A stretch of 32,000 nt of DNA from Candidatus Saganbacteria bacterium (lineage in GTDB: Bacteria; Margulisbacteria; WOR-1; JAKLHX01). Position numbers and translations under genes: made by a program. This document shows positions 27,390 to 32,000 of this stretch, one piece after another. The notes under the pieces were generated by a model that worked only from the letters and a program-made list of their open reading frames with translations, searched no databases and had not been told where the DNA came from. The DNA lies in assembly GCA_026387835.1 (NCBI GenBank), contig JAPLKZ010000005.1, positions 249,596-281,595 on the forward strand, read 5' to 3'. The number at the start of each line of letters is the position of its first letter. Position 1 is the first letter of the stretch.

Positions 27390-28094
27390 ATGCATATACC
27401 GGACGGTTTCTTAGACCCAAAAATGTCGGCGGGGATGATGGGTGCGGCGGCTGTGGCGCTTGCTTATTGTATGGCTAAGGTCAGGCAGGCGGTGACAGCA
27501 GTTGTTCCGGGAAAGGTCATGGCAGCTGCCGGAGCGGGAGCAAATAAAGTTCTCGGCGGAAGCCGGAGAGTTCTCACAAAGATCGGAGAACAAAAGATCT
27601 ATAAGATGGGGATGGTAGCTTCTCTTGTGTTTGCGGCGCAGATGTTCAACTTTCCGGTAAGCAACGGAACTTCAGGTCATCTGATAGGTGGTGTGCTTGC
27701 GGCTGTACTTCTGGGGCCTTTCGCGGGAACAATAGTGATAGCAACGGTTTTAATAATGCAATCTATATTTTTTGCGGACGGCGGACTTTTTACGCTCGGA
27801 GCTAATATTATCAATATGGCGGTCGTAGCTTCGTTCGGGTGCTATTACATATATTATTTCGCCAAGAAAATTATGCCGGAGTGGAGCGCGGTGGCGATCG
27901 CTTCATGGGTGTCGGTGATGCTTGCGGCGGCGATGTGCTCGTTGCAGATCGGATTTTCAGGCGCCATCGCGTTAAGAACGGTTTTTTTGGCGATGATAAA
28001 AGTCCATGCGGTCATAGGAATAGCTGAAGCGCTCATTACAATAGCGTTCATAGGTGTTTTCAGGCGTCTTGCTGGTAATGAGGACGCAAAATGA
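27390..28094 (+). CDS. cbiM: CbiM-family cobalt/nickel ECF transporter substrate-binding protein
   Basis: 'MHIPDGFLDPKMSAGMMGAAAVALAYC', 'FNFPVSNGTSGHLIGGVLAAVLLGPFAGTIVIATVLIMQSIFFADGGLFTLGANIINM'. Confidence 0.95.
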   Translation: MHIPDGFLDPKMSAGMMGAAAVALAYCMAKVRQAVTAVVPGKVMAAAGAGANKVLGGSRRVLTKIGEQKIYKMGMVASLVFAAQMFNFPVSNGTSGHLIGGVLAAVLLGPFAGTIVIATVLIMQSIFFADGGLFTLGANIINMAVVASFGCYYIYYFAKKIMPEWSAVAIASWVSVMLAAAMCSLQIGFSGAIALRTVFLAMIKVHAVIGIAEALITIAFIGVFRRLAGNEDAK

Positions 28095-28360
28095 AAAAGA
28101 TATTCTGGTTTTCTATCGCCATAGCCATGCTTGCCGCTTTTTTTGCCTCAACATTTCCCGACGGGCTCGATTTTACCGCAGAGAAACTTGGATTTGGTAA
28201 ACTGGCAGTCGAAAGATCTTCTATCATGACGAGATACTGCTTTCCGTTCATCGGCAGTGGGATTATCTCTACATTTATTGCCGGAGCCTGCGGGGTGGTC
28301 CTGACGGCCGGGATATTTTATTTTGCGGGAATGTATTTTCGAAGGATCAACCAACGATAG
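28091..28360 (+). CDS. CbiN/PDGLE-domain small membrane protein
   Basis: 'FASTFPDGLDFTAEKLGF' between two TM segments, overlapping the cbiM stop. Confidence 0.85.
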   Translation: MKKIFWFSIAIAMLAAFFASTFPDGLDFTAEKLGFGKLAVERSSIMTRYCFPFIGSGIISTFIAGACGVVLTAGIFYFAGMYFRRINQR

Positions 28361-28376
28361 AAAGAACAACCTTTAA

Positions 28377-29090
28377 ATGCTTAAAAAGTATTTACCGCTG
28401 CTGATATTTTTCTTTTTTGTAATGCCTTCTTATGCAGCCAGGCCTCTTGTGACGGACGATTACTCCACATTAGAGCACGGAAAATATGAGACAGAAACCG
28501 GCTTTAATATTATCAGGCAAAAGAACGACAATACGGTCTCAAGCGGTTTTGTCTTCCTGTTGAGAAGAGGGGTAAGCCCGGACATGGAACTTATGCTGGA
28601 GCTTCCGTACAATACATCGGATATTCAAAGAACAGCGGATGCTGTTATCCATGCAAAATTGAAGCTGATCAAATTGGGGGCGGATGAAGGCCTCGCTTTA
28701 AGAGGCGATCTGAAGCTTACTAATGGAAGCCCAGTGCCAAGCCTTGGTTCCGGCTTTACCGATTACGGGGCTGTACTTCTGCTAACAAAAAGATATTTAG
28801 GTGCGAAGTTCGACTTGAACGCGGGTTATATCGTAGTCGGAGACGCCGCCAACAGTCCGTGTGATGATATGTTTGTTTATTCTGCTGCCGTCGAAAAAGT
28901 ATTGACGGAGAGTTTCAATATTGTCGCTGAGTACTTTGGTTCATCATGTCAGATAAAGACCACAGGCAAACTGCAGATCGGTGGGCAATGGCAGGTGACT
29001 AAGGGCGCAAGATTTGATGCGGGTTATTCAATTGCCATGACAGAGGCATCGAGTAATGTCGCGACGATCGGGCTTACATCAAAATTTTGA
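28377..29090 (+). CDS. Putative outer-membrane beta-barrel protein
   Basis: Signal peptide; 'ARPLVTDDYSTLEHGKYETETGFNI...LMLELPYNTS' and amphipathic strands. Confidence 0.7.
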   Translation: MLKKYLPLLIFFFFVMPSYAARPLVTDDYSTLEHGKYETETGFNIIRQKNDNTVSSGFVFLLRRGVSPDMELMLELPYNTSDIQRTADAVIHAKLKLIKLGADEGLALRGDLKLTNGSPVPSLGSGFTDYGAVLLLTKRYLGAKFDLNAGYIVVGDAANSPCDDMFVYSAAVEKVLTESFNIVAEYFGSSCQIKTTGKLQIGGQWQVTKGARFDAGYSIAMTEASSNVATIGLTSKF

Positions 29091-29102
29091 TATAATAAAA
29101 AT

Positions 29103-29354
29103 ATGCCAACATACGAATATAAATGCGCCTCATGCGGCAAGACCTTCGAGGAGTTCCAAAGCATAAAGGACAAGCCTTTAAAGGAGTGCAATTTCTGCAA
29201 GGGCCCCGTGAGGCGGATGATCCACGCGGCGGGGATAGTGTTCAAGGGATCGGGATTTTACGTGACGGATAATACCAGGGATAAGAAAACCGCTGAAACT
29301 TACATCTCTCCTCCCAAGAAAAAAACCGAACCAAAACAGGCGGATAAAAAATAA
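29103..29354 (+). CDS. FmdB-family zinc ribbon protein
   Basis: 'MPTYEYKCASCGKTFEEFQSIKDKPLKECNFCKGPVRRMIHAAGIVFKGSGFYVTD'. Confidence 0.95.
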   Translation: MPTYEYKCASCGKTFEEFQSIKDKPLKECNFCKGPVRRMIHAAGIVFKGSGFYVTDNTRDKKTAETYISPPKKKTEPKQADKK

Positions 29355-29374
29355 ACTTTTGGCAAAACCCCCGA

Positions 29375-29403
29375 TTGACACACATATAATAATATAGTAT
29401 AGT
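29375..29403 (+). promoter_or_regulatory. Consensus-like sigma70 promoter upstream of the 23S leader
   Basis: TTGACA (29375-29380), 17-nt spacer, TATAGT (29398-29403). Confidence 0.85.
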
Positions 29404-29432
29404 TACATACGTATGACGACAACTAAGACCTG

Positions 29433-29486
29433 AAAGGGAAATCTCATCAGACCCTTTAAGCAAAGCGCTGATGAGCGCTTTTTTTT
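29433..29486 (+). terminator. Attenuator-like two-hairpin structure with intrinsic terminator in the rRNA leader
   Basis: AAAGGG/CCCTTT hairpin with loop containing CTCATCAG; terminator AAAGCGC-TGATGA-GCGCTTT plus T-run; CTCATCAG (29443-29450) is complementary to CTGATGAG (29468-29475). Confidence 0.7.
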
Positions 29487-29673
29487 CGTCTATACAGGGC
29501 AGTTCCGGGGGCAATAATGATTGCCGGGGACGTTAAGCTCAAGAACCTTGATAACTAAATAAGGTAATCCGCGTGTAAAGAAGAGGCGGGGATCTGACAC
29601 AAGGATCCCTGCGACGCGAATCTTTCCGCCTGTTTTGCGACAGGGCGGAACAGATGCGTTAACTAGTGATTGT

Positions 29674-32000
<2,327 letters not shown>

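Overview
This 32-kb bacterial window has four parts. (1) 1-9.7 kb is accessory DNA: a CheD-like triad protein, two tRNA-Ser genes around a flavodoxin, and a large serine recombinase that reads into the second tRNA-Ser. Next comes an AT-rich operon (XRE, HNH nuclease, DpnII/MboI-like nuclease, two membrane proteins, one unknown) bounded by near-identical 112-bp inverted repeats, then a convergent D12-class adenine methyltransferase. The gene junctions of this operon carry repeated remnants of an XRE-gene 3' end. (2) 9.8-21.8 kb is mostly ordinary chromosome: ThyX-like protein, serine hydrolase, L,D-transpeptidase interrupted by a stop codon, LptC/OstA-like protein, gap-pgk-ndk, tRNA-Ala, HEAT protein and MFS transporter. 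(3) 21.9-29.4 kb holds a lysine/alanine-rich linker plus probable beta-barrel protein, two tandem paralogues built from 14-residue (42-nt) repeats, a deoxyhypusine-synthase-like gene, cbiM/cbiN-like genes, a putative outer-membrane protein and a FmdB-type zinc ribbon. (4) From about 29.67 kb to the window end is a 23S rRNA gene with no 16S directly upstream. Its leader has a consensus-like promoter followed by an attenuator-like terminator. The best candidates for undescribed biology are the inverted-repeat-bounded nuclease/membrane-protein cassette with XRE-tail junction scars, the tandem 14-aa repeat proteins, the CheD-triad protein and the 23S leader. All family names come from reading motifs by eye; no searches were run.
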